From: Oculina patagonica
Lineage: Eukaryota
Assembly (NCBI RefSeq): GCF_052425735.1
Contig: NC_135769.1
Coordinates: 30,194,001 to 30,258,000, forward strand
DNA length: 64,000 nucleotides
Reading direction: 5' to 3'
Made by a program: the position numbers and the translations under genes. The notes beneath the pieces are model-generated. The model had not been told where the DNA came from. It did not search any database and worked only from the letters and a program-made list of their open reading frames with translations. Below are positions 40,919 through 54,950 of this stretch, piece after piece (positions within the stretch are counted from its first letter, which is position 1; every line of letters begins with the position of its first letter).

Positions 40919-42852
40919 TTTTATCTTCATATGAAAATATATGGGCCAGAAATATGGGCTGATGTATAAACTTCAAAAGAAGTTAACAAATGGAGGGGGT
41001 GTAAATGCTAATGGATGACAATTGTCTCATTAAAGAAGGACCTTTTAATTCAAACAGAACAGTCTTTCATGATTATGGAATAGCTAATGAATGAGATGTT
41101 GAAATACTGCTGCTGTTAAAATATTGGCAACCCTGGCCTGCATCAGCAATGTCAGACCACGGAGAAACATGTAAGGATGCGATCTCTTTAGAACATGCAT
41201 TTATAGATTTTTTAACAAGATTGTCGCTTTAGAACAATTACACACATGAAGCAGATGAAAATAGGCCTTTAACCAAAAAAAGCAATTAACGTTAAACAAA
41301 ACAGAAACAAAACAAAATAATTACCTTGCCATTTAGTACCCCTTGGATGAGATGCTAGCCCATCATGACACTTATTGATTAAGATGAAAAAATATTTAAT
41401 AAAAACAATATGTATATATATTTGCCACAAAGTAGCTAAACCACCCTGCTGCGGCATGTAGCCCTAACCATACCTAATTTTAACTCGTTTTCGCTGCGCC
41501 TTAGTTATATAATAACCCCTTTTGCCGCATAATTATATCTAAAAATACTGTTCACCTCCTTTTTAAAGTTAGGACTGTATGCCTTATGTTTATACACAGA
41601 TTGCTAGCTAATAGTACTGTTGGCCAATTATTTCTTTTTTGATTGATTACCTGACTGATATTTTTTTTGCTGTTGTTTTTGCATCGTTAACATAAAAAAT
41701 AACATATCTTTATGTACTTTCGCGTAAAAATAATAATAATAAAAAACTTGGGAGCTCCGCTTTTAGACTTGGCTGAATCTATTTAATAAAAATAAAAAAC
41801 AATAGCGCATTATGCATTTCCAGGTGGTTGTTATGATTAAAAGAAAATGTTTCTTGTAGAGAAACTTGAACTTTGACAGGAATCATGCAGTAGGAGAAAA
41901 ATAGTCATTTTTTAGCCCAGTAAACATTTCGTCTCTTTCTTACCAATTTTTAAGTAGATTCAGTTTTCACACGGACTCCATAACTGTGTTCGTAATTATT
42001 ATCATTAATTACTTACATAATGGAAATAATGGCAAACTGTCAAAGTGATGTCATTATAAAACACATCTGGCTGCAAATTACGTGTCCTTTTATGCTTTGT
42101 TTGTCATTTTGCGAACGACAAGTTTTCTCCTTCGACTAGTCAAGAATTGTTGCTGAGAGATCTTTTACTTCACGGGTAAGTTAAAGTAAGTTTATAAAAG
42201 CGCTAAAAATACAAGTTATTAGCGAAGAAAGAGTCGTTTATCATTCTTGTTGAGTGCAGATTAATCTGGGCCTAAAAACAACTATTTTTTTCTGACTACG
42301 AGCTTAGCGAAAAGGGTTTCTTGTGTTCGAGCCGCCATGCTGCATAACGTATTTGACCCTATGTGGACTTTCAAACATCTTACCTATGCACAGCATAAGT
42401 TAGGTTTAAATTGGTAAACCTTCCAAGTTTAGTTCAGATACACTTGCTGTAATTAAATTGCGCATGTCACTTTAAATCATTAATAATTAATTCAAACCGA
42501 CCGATAATTCTCGGGGAGATAATTATTCACGAGAGAGCTATATACCGTTAAGGGTTACGCGAAACAATTTAAAGCAACCATCAAATATTTTGTTGCTTAG
42601 GAGGTCGAATAAATATGGAAGGTCAAATTTATAACTAAAACTAAATTTTGAGAAGTAATATTTAAAGTCATTTCTCTGATTACTTCCAAATTGAAGGAAA
42701 CCTCAAAATAATAGTTGTCTAACCTAGAAAAAACAACAAAGGAGTTAAAAAGACGCAAAAAATAACCAAGAATAGTTTCGACTGATGCAGATTAAGACAG
42801 ATTACGATCGACAAACTTGAAAAAACTGGTAAGTTTTTTCAAGTGTTGTCCA

Positions 42853-45048
42853 ATATGGATCGGAGCAAGTGCATCTGCTTTTACTCTGGTCGTCATCGCG
42901 TTTGAACGATACTTTGCTGTTATGCACCCTTATAGCAGCAAAGGAAAACTGACAAAAGATAAACTTAAGGTGGGCAAAGCATAAACAGAAAAGGTTGCTT
43001 ATGACAGATTGACTATTTATTTCCCATTGAATTTATTATCAAATGGCGGGTTTTGTTACTGTCAACAGTCAACTGTCAAGAATATGCTATGTATGAAATA
43101 ATTACAATCAGATAAACACTGATATTTTGCCGATGAACAGTTTAACTTTTAACTCATCTGTGTCCGCATAGGTTGTCTGAGTCACCCTTGCGACACTTCT
43201 ATTATTTATTTAACCCTATTCAGACCGGGCTTTTTTGGACCTTATCAGACCGGAGGTGGAGGGGGGGGGGGGTAACTTCCCCCTATGTAACTTCCAGAAT
43301 ATTTAAGCAATCACCATGAAACTTATAGGATGTATTATATGTCCAAAACTCTTTCTTTTGGTATACGTCACGTTGGATCATGACGTCACATCACGTGATA
43401 ATAACATCATGATGTCAAAACAGCCGCCATCTTGGATCCGCCATCTTGGATTTCAAAATTTTTCCAAAATGCCAGAAATCACTGCAATGTACTCAAAATA
43501 AATAAAAATGTGCTTTAAACCCGTAAAAATGTAAAAATAATTCCATTTAAGTTGACTTTTATTAACAGAAACACGCAAAATTACAAATATGGGAAAACAT
43601 GCCTGTCAAAATGCCGTTGCCATTGTGATGTCAAGTTCCTGACACATCATCCAACCTACCAAATTGTTACCAGATAAATTTTAGGAAAACTCAGAAAGTT
43701 TGGCAGCGTTTGGTTAAATCTTAAAAAAAGTTATTAAAGTTCAAAGACAGCGCGGGCCTCAAAAGCCCCCCCCCCCCGGTCTGAATAGGGTTATAAAATT
43801 AACATATAAATATTTTTTTTTTCTAACATTGCTACCAGTCAGATCCCATTCAGTTTTCTCTTTCTTTTTTAAGCTTAAAGACTTGACTGATACGTTTTGC
43901 CCCAAATAAAATACCAATATCTGGCTTTTCATATGGTCTTTCGTAGTTCGTAGTTCCCACCATTTGGATATCTTCTGTACTCCTCAACGCTCCCGCTTTT
44001 TTCACGAAATACTTCAGTGAACAGGATGACTTCTGTATGCAGCACTGGCCCGAGGAATGGATGGCTAAAGCCTACGGCTTAACATGGCTTGTGGTACTAG
44101 GTGCTTTGCCGATAATTACGATGGCAGTTTTATACTCAAGAGTCGTTTATTTCCTGTGGATCAAACGTGAAGAACAAATTAGTGGTACACAAAAGGAGAA
44201 AAATATTAATTTTAATGTTTGAACTACCTGATTAATACTGTATCAAGAAATGGTCTATTATTAGGTATCAAATTCGCACATTAAGCATAAGACAATAGTG
44301 TTTTTGTTCTTAGCAGCGATGATGGATCTTAGCCATGTTTCTTGAGGTCTGGTGACCAGACCTCAAGAAACACAGTCACTACTGCCTGAAATATGAGCAA
44401 GACTGAGTCAACCTTAACGGCTCCAGTTGTGTTAAAGACTTGGGCCATTGTAGCTTGGAATGTCAATCGCATCTCGCCTAGGCTGAGGGGATGGGGAGGC
44501 GGGGAGTGTGCGGTGAAATCTTTGATTTTTTAAATTCCTATTACACTTATTTGCTTGTTAGTTCCACCTGGTTGGCATAACGATGCGATTTCAAGGCAAA
44601 TTATTGTTTCATAATAACTTTAGTACACCGAGATTTGCGCCGACAAGAAATTAATCAAAATCAAATCGCTCATTTGCTATAATTTCAGGGGGTCATGAGA
44701 GTCCGTAAACGTGTCACTAAAATGGTTGTGACAGTCAGCATTATCTACGGACTGTGTTGGACCCCCGACGTTGTCATCTACGCCTTGATCCTCTTCAGCG
44801 CCAAATACAACCTTGGAGACGTAGCTGATATCATTTCCATCGTCCTGGTTGCATGTAATTCAACCGTAAACCCCGTCATATACGCCTATGTGAATGGCCA
44901 TTTCAGAAAGCAAATCAAGGCGCTTTTTTGTGGCACAGGCGTAAGTGGAAACAGGGTTCACGCCTCCACAAGAGATAACGTGACTGCGGGAAGAAATATG
45001 GAGCCAACGCCAGAAAAAGTTCATCAGGAAGTCTTGGTGATAAGTTGA
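42853..45048 (+). pseudogene. GPCR paralog 4, 5'-truncated pseudogene (sister of paralog 3)
   Basis: Only the 3' part of exon 2 remains (42853-42969, IWIGASASAFTLVVIAFERYFAVMHPYSSKGKLTKDKLK|GT). Exon 3 (43947-44195) is open but ends AAG|GA instead of a GT donor. Exon 4 (44689-45048) is open. I found no exon 1 or TM2 sequence upstream. Confidence 0.82.
43214..43790. mobile_element. piggyBac-like MITE in intron 2 of the pseudogene
   Basis: ttaa|ccctattcagaccggg ... cccggtctgaataggg|ttat; the right TTAA carries one mismatch. Confidence 0.75.
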
Positions 45049-45142
45049 TCGTGGGATATCTGGTCCTGCAACTGAGTTGGGTGGTTTACTTCAGTGACAG
45101 TGATATAAGAAACTGGTTCAAACTAGGTTCAAGATAATCTGG

Positions 45143-45275
45143 CTCACCAAGAGTATCTCGTAGCTCAGTGGTGAGGGAACCCAACTGGTATCTGGGAGGC
45201 CATAGGTTTGAATCCCGTTGAGGACACAGATTTTGTCTTTGTCCCATTATCGTGATAAATGAACATTCCATCTTT
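45143..45275 (+). mobile_element. tRNA-derived SINE fragment (family of 35689-36022)
   Basis: ctcgtagctcagtgg...tatctgggaggccataggtttgaatccc...tttgtccca. Confidence 0.6.
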
Positions 45276-47962
45276 ATAAGAATACTTGCTGAAAACTGAA
45301 TATACTAGGAATTCCAGTGATCGAAAGGCAGGGTTGAAAGGCACCCAGATGTAACAGTACTGCTCGTCACATTTTGATCACTGTACTCCACCACGATGAA
45401 TAACCACAACATTTTTTACGATACTTAAAACATCTCCTCATATGCACGAGGAATTGTCATGACCGTTTCAGTTTCCATGAAGTACTGGCATTACATACAA
45501 TTCGGACGAGACCGTTTTAACTGTAAATAATATTATCGTATCAAAATAAAATAACAATTCACGTGCCAATTCGTAAGAATAAAAAAAAGAAAGAAAAAGA
45601 AAGGAAACTTCGCGTCTCAAAAAAAAAAAAAATGAGTAGGAAAGAAATCCATGTTTCCTTTTAGAAGAAAGTAGGTCTTAATCATGCAAAATCCTTGACA
45701 TCTAACAGACCGATAGTTCAGTAAACAAAGAATGATAACATAAGCATAACAACAACTTGTGTTGACATAACTGGTAAACTAAGAATAGCAAGTTAGTAAA
45801 AGTAAACTTCGGTTAAGCGAGTAATTACGAAGAAACCGCCCCGGTACAAAAAGCAATATCCTTGTTCTTTGGATCAGAGTTTACTTTTCTCTGATGAAAC
45901 GTGCAATTGCATAACCACTAAATTACCCTTCTAGTTATGAAAAATAATTATGAGCTGACAGTTTTTCTACCCAAATTTCCATTGTATGAATAACCTCGCT
46001 GTTATATTGATCAAGTTGGTTACAATTTGCACTTTATCCTGACTGATCTTCAAAGGTATGTATTTGTTACGTGTTTGATAGTATCCTTCACTTTCCTCTC
46101 GATAGATTTTGTATCATTTGTTGGCCTTCACCACAAATTTATTGTTTCTGATTTTTTGAGATATTTAATTTGTTATAAAAAAACAACAGAGTTGCATAGA
46201 AGAGGAAATGCAACCAATTTTATTAATCGTTATGACGTTAGCCTTAACAAGTTGATTACATTCTCGAAGCAATATTTTCTGCAAAAAAGGAAAAATGACC
46301 TAAGCTGTTTTTTGCGACGTCTCCGTCACATTTCCTTTTTTCTGCAAAAAAAAAAATGAATTGAGCGAGGAAAATATAACTTTAAATTTTATCAAGAGAT
46401 CCTATCATCTTTGCCAAATATGAAGGGCGTTATTAGAGTTTTTATTTTCAGATGCGTGCATCATGATGAGAATTAGAAGAAAAATAATTTAAAACTTTAG
46501 TAAAAGCTCAAAACACGGTGATAAATATTGACAACAAATGAATTTATCAATCAAATTGTTAGTCCGAATACCCAAAAAAGATAGAATAATATAACAGAAG
46601 GTCATCTGATCCTCAGTTTCTAATAGCTTTTGGCGTCTTTTCAGCGTTGTACATATAGGCTAAGAAGTCATATGTCGTCCTAAAACGCAACTTAAAATCA
46701 AACTTAAAACCTTGTTTTTCAGAGGTCAGAAAGATCCTCTCATTTTCATTTTAAAAAGGATATTCTAAACAAATCCAACTATTTTGCAGTCTAACAAATT
46801 AGGGCTGTCTCATAATTCAATAGCGACGTGGTATAAAACTTGGTTTAAAAAATTCAGAATGACAAGAGATGAAAACCGGCCTACGGACTTCTTTGAGAAG
46901 TTGGAAGTCTTTGTTTTCCAAGATATTAAACTGACTACCGCTTCAGTAAACAAAGAATGACAACATAAACTTGTTTCATTAACTCTCTCTGATGCTGTTA
47001 CCAAAGGTACATTGGTTCATGCAAACAAAAGTTAGTCAGTAATTTCGGCATTGCACCGCCTTGTTAGGAACAAACTGAGAAAGTTGATTACGAAAAGAAC
47101 TTCAGATCTTAAAGAGATAAAAAAATCTATAGAATTTTGCTTTAAAAAAATTGTGACGCTGCAAAATACCCTACTGAAGAGCCAGTAATAAGCCCTAAAT
47201 GCCCTAAGCCGATTTTCACGAATAAAAAAGGTTCAAAATTATTGGCATTTGTTTGTACCTTAAAACAAAATATTTCTTTGCTTTTCGCAGTCGCTCAAGA
47301 GCACACAACTGATCGTTTGCATGATTGAGCATGGAAATTTCTTTAAAAGAATGCGCAGGGGTTTGGAAATTGAAATTTCCATTCATTACGAAATACTCTT
47401 TAACAAAAGCCGAAAACAAATTTAAGGTTTGGCTTACTTATATAGGAAAGATACTTTGCGTCTAAAAAACCTGTTTACGAAAAACTGTAAAACTCCTGTA
47501 ATAAGCCCAAAATATTATGGACCTATTTGCGTAGTGGCTTATTGACGGAAGGAACTTTGAACTAAAAAAAAGGTTGGCTTATATTTACCGACTGCAAGGT
47601 AAAACTCTCTAAACGTAACAAAAAGCTCTAGGATCAAGAAATGAACAAATTGTCCCTTTGAGATTTGGGGAATTTCAAGGTTGTTTAATTCGGATGGGGT
47701 GAGCTTATTATCTTTTATTCTATGTACTGTTAAGTTAAAACTTTAACATGACAGTTGGCTTATCAGCGCGCCTTAATTCAGCCGGTAAGGCTGTACTCGA
47801 ATGAGTGGTGACGCTATCTGTATGACTTAAAGACTGTTTCTGTCGCAGCTTTTATAAGTTTATTTAAGCAGTGATCGATTATGAGACTCGTAGGGCATTT
47901 CATTATTCCCAATGTAACAGATTTCTACTTCATGCAGGTTATTTTGACTGACATCCATAGTC

Positions 47963-50900
47963 ATGTCTCTGTATAAGGATTCTGACGCAGCTCAGATCGC
48001 CGTAACAACTGTGCATTCCTTGCTGGTTATCTCGAACATCGCTGGAAACGCGCTGGTCTGTGTTGTCATACTGAAGAATCAAGACATGAGGTACGCCGTG
48101 AACCCGGTGAAAAGAAATTTTCGAAATTATGTAATACAATTTATTTTAGTTCTAAGAAGAACTGTTGTTGGTGACTGACGTTTCGACAACCTGAGCGGAA
48201 GTCATCTTCAGAGTCAAGTGAAAAGTTGTTGTCAGTCGATGATGTTATAAGTCTGGTCCGTTGATGTTGATTGGTCAGTTTAGCCGTGATGTTATTGGCT
48301 GTAAGACTCGTGTAGAGTTTGTCGACAGTAATTGGTCAGTTAGTCAAATTAAGTCGTTCTGTTGGCGGTCCGTTTGTCGGTTCTGTTTAAGTCGTGAATA
48401 AGTCGTTTGTAAGGTGCTGGTAGCTGTTGACATCTGTTTATAGGCGTTTGTTCTTAGTTTGTGTACCAGCTTTCCAGAGTCAGTCGTTGAAAATAGTTAG
48501 TACTGTAGGTTAAGCATTCAGCAGAGTCCCAGTCGATGTTGCGGTTAGTAAGTCATGTATAAACAATATCATCGACTGACAACAACTTTTCACTTGACTC
48601 TGAAGATGACTTCCGCTCAGGTTGTCGAAACGCAGTCACCAACAACAGTTCTTCTTAGAACTATTCTCACCCGGACGATCATACTTTACGACCTACTGAT
48701 ACTCCTAGGCTCAAACCATTTACTATACAATCTATTTTCATCAAAATTTTTTCTTTCTTTTTTTTTTTTTGTACGGGCAATTATCTTGGGAATCAGAAGA
48801 AAAAGTGTGTTGTCCGAATCTGGATAACTGAAAAATGCATATTTCAAGCTTAGAAATGGAATTCAAATGTTCCTTCAACCAAAGATTAGGAAATATTTGT
48901 AAATTTCACTTTGAGTATTAACCCTTAATTATAAGAAGAGTTATAATGCTCTCATACATTCATACATTTGGGAACTGAAGTTTTCTTAGGTGACATGTTA
49001 CCTTGAACGTACGTTTTCGATATCTAATTGCCGTTTTAAGGACAATGAAGGCCAAGTCCTTTTTTTTTAGAAACACAACAGCAGCTCGTTCATGTACATT
49101 AGGGCAAATAGATTCGTTCCCTTGATCAAAGTGTTTTAGTTGAAACAGATTAGGAGGGAGAATTTACATCCGATTTCATTGGTACGTGTATAACAACTAT
49201 CTTTTGACCTCCTTTTTTCGACTTGCTTAACAAACACGACGGATCTAAATCCACCAATCACAGCCCACTAGCATCGCTTTCGAACTTGTGGCTCATTTGA
49301 AAGAAACCAACATCGGTATGCATCTGTTTTGATTGGCTCATTTCAAACAGCACGTCAAAAGATGGATGTTGCAATTGAGAGAAAGCCGCTATGCATGTCA
49401 CAATGAAAGCGGGTGTTATTGTCACCATAACCCGATTTTCAAAAGTATCTCGTTCACGTATAATTTTTTTTTCGACTAATAATTTTTTATTGCAACACAA
49501 ATAATACTAATACTTGCAAATTTTCAACAGGACTTCAATTAACTACCTTCTGTTGAACCTAGCTTTCGCAGACATGACGGTAGCAACGTTTTTCATACCA
49601 CAGTACATTTTTACCCACGCTTTCACCCACCCAGACGGGGTCGCTGGGGACGTCTTCTGTAGACTTCTTACAGGCGGAAACTTGGCATGGGTTGGAGGAG
49701 CTTGTTCTGTTTTCACTCTGGTTACTATCGCCATTGAGCGTTACTACGCGGTGATGTATCCTCACGGTAACAAAGGGAAGCTCACCAACAACAAGCTAAA
49801 GGTGTTTTACGACACGTTTTACAGTGGAAAGCTTTAAACAGTACTTAGTTTACTTATCTTCGAATGTTTTGTAATGCCGTTTATGATTTACTTTGACGTT
49901 TTTCTAAATCTTCAAGCTTACAATAATAATTTGTTTATTTGGTTATATTGTGATATGCGCCAGGAGACGTGCTATTCGTCTTAAAATGTTATTTAATCTG
50001 AATGCAGAACAGACGGATATTTTTTTTGAGTATAAATTTCATTCTTTCACGAATAGAAATGATATATATGCCTTTTCCTAATTTGATTTGTTTTGTTATA
50101 AGGTCTCATTATTAGTTAAAAATCCAAAATTCATATTGTCATTACGACTCTTGACTGCAGGGAGTTGTTACACTCAGACAGATAACTCGCCTTCTTAAAC
50201 GCTGGGTAATAATTCTTTACAATAGGAGAAAGTTAACTCTTTAAAGGTGCAATTTTAATAATTTGAGAACAGAATTACCTACTTATGCTTTAAATTTAAG
50301 TTATGGAAATATGTGCAGCATCATACATTTTCCTATTTCGTCGTTGCAGGTGATCATACCTTGTTCATGGATGTTTGGGGTGCTCATGAATACTCCCGAG
50401 TTCCTGGTTAAGAACTACGATAAGGAGCAGGATTTCTGCACTCAGTTCTGGCCTGATGAATGGATGGGAAAGGCCTATGGTGTGGCGTGGTGGTTGGTGC
50501 TTGGAGTTTTCCCTGTTATACTGATGGCTGCCTTGTACTCGAGAGTCGTGTACACTTTGTGGTTCAAACGTGAAGGGTCCAATGAAACCAATACCCGACA
50601 ACAGGTGAATATGTTACCGGCAGTGGTGTTTTTGTTGCGACATGAGAAAACTTCGTTACGTAATGAAACAGCTCATAATGTTTTTCTCTTGCTGTTTGCA
50701 TAGTTTTAACAACTTTTACTGTACTCAGTACACCAATTTATCTCTACAAGTAACAATTTAAAAGGGGACTTTATGTGAACATTTAAAGGAAGAGTATTGC
50801 TATGAATTTCCCAAGCAAATGAAGTGGGAGACGTCTGCACGCAGACTATGAATTAAAATTCTTCAAAGCATGCAGTTGGGTAATTCGCGAAGCGTGTGTA

Positions 50901-51528
50901 ATACCGTAGTCTTCTTTTATTAACAAGTTAGATTAAGAGTGCTTAAATAGATTTTTTCGATGGCAAGAAAGAACTCCATGGAAATCCGGCAAAATTTCTA
51001 TAGCCAGTATTTTCATTAGAAATAACCAAACGTTCAGTTGAAGCCTCCCTCTGAGAACATAAATTATTGCAAAGGCAACATCTTTTCACGGTAGAAACCT
51101 ACCGGAATTTTGTTGTTATCTTGCATAGCTTTAGCATCAGGTTTTTCTAATTCTCAGGCTACATCTTGCAGGGAGTGATGAAGGTGCGGAAACGAGTAAC
51201 CTTGATGGTCATTCTTGTCAGTGTCATCTTTGGGGTGTCCTGGCTTACTGACTCGACTACCTTCTTCCTGGGCTTTTTTACTCCAAGCCACACCTTTGGC
51301 GATGTGACATATGCTACTGCCTCGACGATGATCATGTTCAATTCTGCTATCAATCCGTTTATATATGCATTGGTGAACCAACGATTCAGAGAGAAGATAA
51401 AAGGAATGATCTGCTGCCCATGTCGCCCATCAAACAGGATTTATGCTGAAGGGGAACCGCAGAGAAACGAGGGTACGAACAGCGCAACTAACCCAACCCA
51501 CACAACAGGAGAGAACTCTAAGGAGTGA
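47963..51528 (+). CDS. Class A GPCR paralog 5, 4 exons, ~336 aa
   Basis: Exons 47963-48090, 49531-49801, 50350-50604, 51172-51528; GT-AG; in frame (1011 nt); GNALV, NLAFAD, ERY, TM6 SWLT, NPFIY. Confidence 0.92.
48148..48724 (-). mobile_element. 5'-truncated Penelope-like retroelement with inverted pseudo-LTR, in intron 1 of paralog 5
   Basis: Minus-strand GIY-YIG C-terminus IDWDSAECLTYSTNYFQRLTLESWYTN*EQTPINRCQQLPAPY; ~100-bp inverted repeat (48148-48245 vs 48567-48663); TSD-like atacaat(t/c)tatttt at 48134-48147 and 48725-48738. Confidence 0.88.
48172..48216 (-). ncRNA. Minimal type I hammerhead ribozyme (Penelope-associated)
   Basis: Minus strand reads UGACU-CUGAAGA-UGAC(loop)GUC-GAAA-CGUC-AGUCA: stem I, CUGANGA box, stem II, GAAA box and GUC cleavage triplet. 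Confidence 0.75.
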
Positions 51529-54500
51529 TTGTTCTTTTTTTCGATAACACACATGACATTTAATTCACTGCAGGACAAGCCTGACGTTTTTACTGCAAAC
51601 CAGAGCTCCTATTAGCACTGACATTGTAGCCCCTAGATCGACATTCTCGAGAGCTGATTATTAAGCGCTCATATATCATAAAACTGAATAAAGTTAAACG
51701 TGAACTAGTTTGATAAGAAACAAAACATGACCGCTCTGAGAAGCATTATGTTGTAGTGTTTTTTAGAGTTAAGTAGAAAAAGGAAAATAGCCGGTTTCAA
51801 TTCGACCCGTGAATTTGATTAGCTGTACTATATTATGCGTTATTCTGTTCAAACAAGTTAGACTAAGAAACAAAACCATAAAGATGTATCATGTAAAAAC
51901 TCCCACAAATCAGACTATGTAAATAAATAATATCATGTAGGCATGCCACTGTGCAAAAGCTGGATTTTGTTTCACTAACATCCTTACTCTGTTTCACTTT
52001 ACGTCGCATACGTGGAAAACCGCATAACAGTCAAATAAATAAACCTCATTCATTGACGATGACTCGTGTTAAATTATCTCTACATTTTCTGCCAGTCGGA
52101 CCAAATGTTTGCTAGAGCTTATTTATATGGTTTCAGTAGCATAAGCGACTAGGAGTATTTCAAGACCATCGCAGGGTTACGGCCCCAACATTCAATTCTC
52201 CGGTACCCATTTATACACCTTGGTAGAGAGGTGCTTAAGAGTAGTACCCGTACCAGGTCTCCAACCCTTACCCTTACGTACGCCAGATCTGTTCCTAATA
52301 AACTTTTCAAACAAAATATCCGCTATCCGAAATGAAAAACGAATAACTGAGGACGAACGAATCATTCCGCTTGCGTCCACGGGAAACCCACGGAAAGATA
52401 GGTACATAGCTAGGTAAATAGTATAGGTAAATAATAAGGGAGCGTTCTCCTTTGTCAAATACACACAACGCGTTTTGAGACTGAAACGAAGACCTTATTT
52501 TGAACTGATTAAGGCCTAAATATATATTTCATGCCTACGATTTTAAGGGTTCCAAGTAATTTTAAGAATAGTTATCAAATAAATCTACCTCATTACAGGA
52601 AATTAAAGTTTTTGTTGTTTCGTTTACTTAAAGTTACAACGACCTGACCTGAGTTAGCAAGAATGGTATATATAAACAGTCTAAAGGTTGGTTCTATGAG
52701 AATGAATGATTTTATGAGAACTACTTTCACGCTGGGAGACAATCGGAGCAATCGGGATAAAATCGAAAATTCATTTAAGTGAACAAAGGAAAGTTCATGA
52801 ATTATTATCTCGTTTGATTCCCTTAGCATTATTTACTTTGATTCATGAATTTTATCATATCCCGCATGTAAATTTTTTGGAACTTCGAAATCGCTTATTG
52901 CGTTGAATCTGGTACCAAAATGATTGTTGTCGGGCCTGGCCTTGACAGCGTGGTTTGCTCTTACCAGACGATCAGGGCGATTATGCGAGAATCCCCTTAT
53001 CGCTTCCAGTTGCTGGGATCGTCTCCGATTGTCTCGGCGGTTGCAAACGATCAAAGCGATCGGAGCGATTATACGAGAACCAACATTAAAAAAAGCAAAT
53101 TAATGCTAAAAAGAAGGTACTATTTATTTTCTTATAAATTAACGCGAATAACACTGGAACTACATAAGAACATTTGAAGCAAGATAGGGCGGAACAAAAT
53201 CCTTCGATGTGCCAGCTACCAGGACACCTCTGAGAGTGAAGGTTAACTCTGTGATAGTTCGATTTTAAGATCTAATATGCAACCTGCAGGAGAAAGCTAT
53301 TATCAAAGAGATAAATTTGATTTTATTAAAGGCCGGATTCTTAATTTTGTGTGAAAACAAAATACTGTTGTGGAACTTAATTAGAACGCCATTTTATTTA
53401 TTAGCAACTCGCGATTATTTCCTTTGGCCTTAATTACCTTTAATAAAGTAAAAATAGGCCCTTATCTACATACGCTGCCCTTACGCTCTATTCTAAGTCA
53501 CTCGCCAAGCCGGCTCATTTCACTACACAAAGCCTTTAAATATCAGTCCTAAAACAGGCTAGCGTACGAAATGCAATTTTGTCCCTGCAAAAGAAATTGA
53601 AAAAATTTTTTTTTTCGTGAGGGATTAAACGGAAAGCCGTATTAATCAAAGACAAAGATTGGAAATTCGATTAAATGGTTCATTAGAATGGTGACGTTAT
53701 TGGCAAGATCACACAAAACAATATGTATATATGCTTTGTTTGTTTACGACCTGATGAAATATTAAGAATAATAACAAGAAATTTCCTGATCGCAAACAAT
53801 GTGCAAACGTTTAACCTACATTGTTTGTTTTCTTTTGACGCGTGTCTTAGAAAATATATTTGTATTTACAACTTCCTGTTTCAGATATAGCACGTACTCA
53901 AGGATGAATTTCATCTATCTAAAAGGGCTTTCTTCCAATCCCCACAAAAATGCTTGCACTCTCGCACTCTCAGTCACTCGCTGACTAAACTGGTCATAGT
54001 GGTTAAACCTTCCTTGGTGACATTACCCGTTCTTTTAAAGGTGAGCTAAACAAAATCATCGGTTTTTTTGAGAAGTGTGCATTTACTTTAAGCTGTATGC
54101 ACAGAAAATAGCGATTTATAACCTGCTTCTTGTTTCCAATCACAGCACGTTCTTCTTCTTTTTTTCTTTCTTTTTTTTGCCTGGGACGTAATAGAAAATA
54201 ACAACCCAAGGAGCTGAGCCAACTGATCTTATTATAGAAAACTTTACCTTTGGCTTATGCAACATGTGTATCTTGTTAACATATTTTTAGCATCGCTTGT
54301 AGTCGAGGAAAACAGTATATACGTCCTTTCTACATCAGCTGGGTGGGTTAAAACCACTGCAAGCTATTGTTCAAATAAAGGCTGTTCTATTTAACCATAA
54401 GCTTATCACCTGATAGGTGATAAGCTTCTGATTTAATTGATAGCAAATGAAAAAGGGAAATTTGGGAAGAAAACGCAAAGAAAACGTGAGATATATGATA

Positions 54501-54746
54501 TGTAATTTTATTTTTTTTTAGTGCTCAGGGCTCCTGTTGATAGCAGGTTACTTTTATTTTATCCCCTGAAAGGACAGCCCTTAGCCATATAATTTAAATA
54601 AAGATATGTGTTTTTGTTTCTGTTGTAGGGTCAAACCGTCAACACTCTGTTGGAAATTTAACTTGATTTCATAGCAATATTTCTGGCAATATGAATAAAA
54701 TTGTACATTTAATAGCTCGGCTACATGAGTGTAATGACCTTCCTTG

Positions 54747-54852
54747 GTGACGACTTTTCTCGCGGATTCAGAAACAGCTTAAGTTGCTGTAGTTAGTAAC
54801 ACTTTACGCCTTCGTTATGATAGATGTGATCGGGAACACCCTAGTTTGCATT
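54747..54852 (+). pseudogene. Degenerate tandem duplicate of paralog 6 exon 1
   Basis: Reads TFLADSETA*VAV, then a frameshift, then VTLYAFVMIDVIGNTLVCI; the intact exon reads TLFADSETAQVAIVTVLSILVMVDVIGNTLVCI. No donor site. Confidence 0.8.
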
Positions 54853-54950
54853 GCGACCTTCCGGTCCATAAAGGAAAACTATGCTTTGAATTATAATAGC
54901 TCTTCCACCAGTTTACTGAGACTGTATGTTTTCGTTATTTTTATAGCTTC

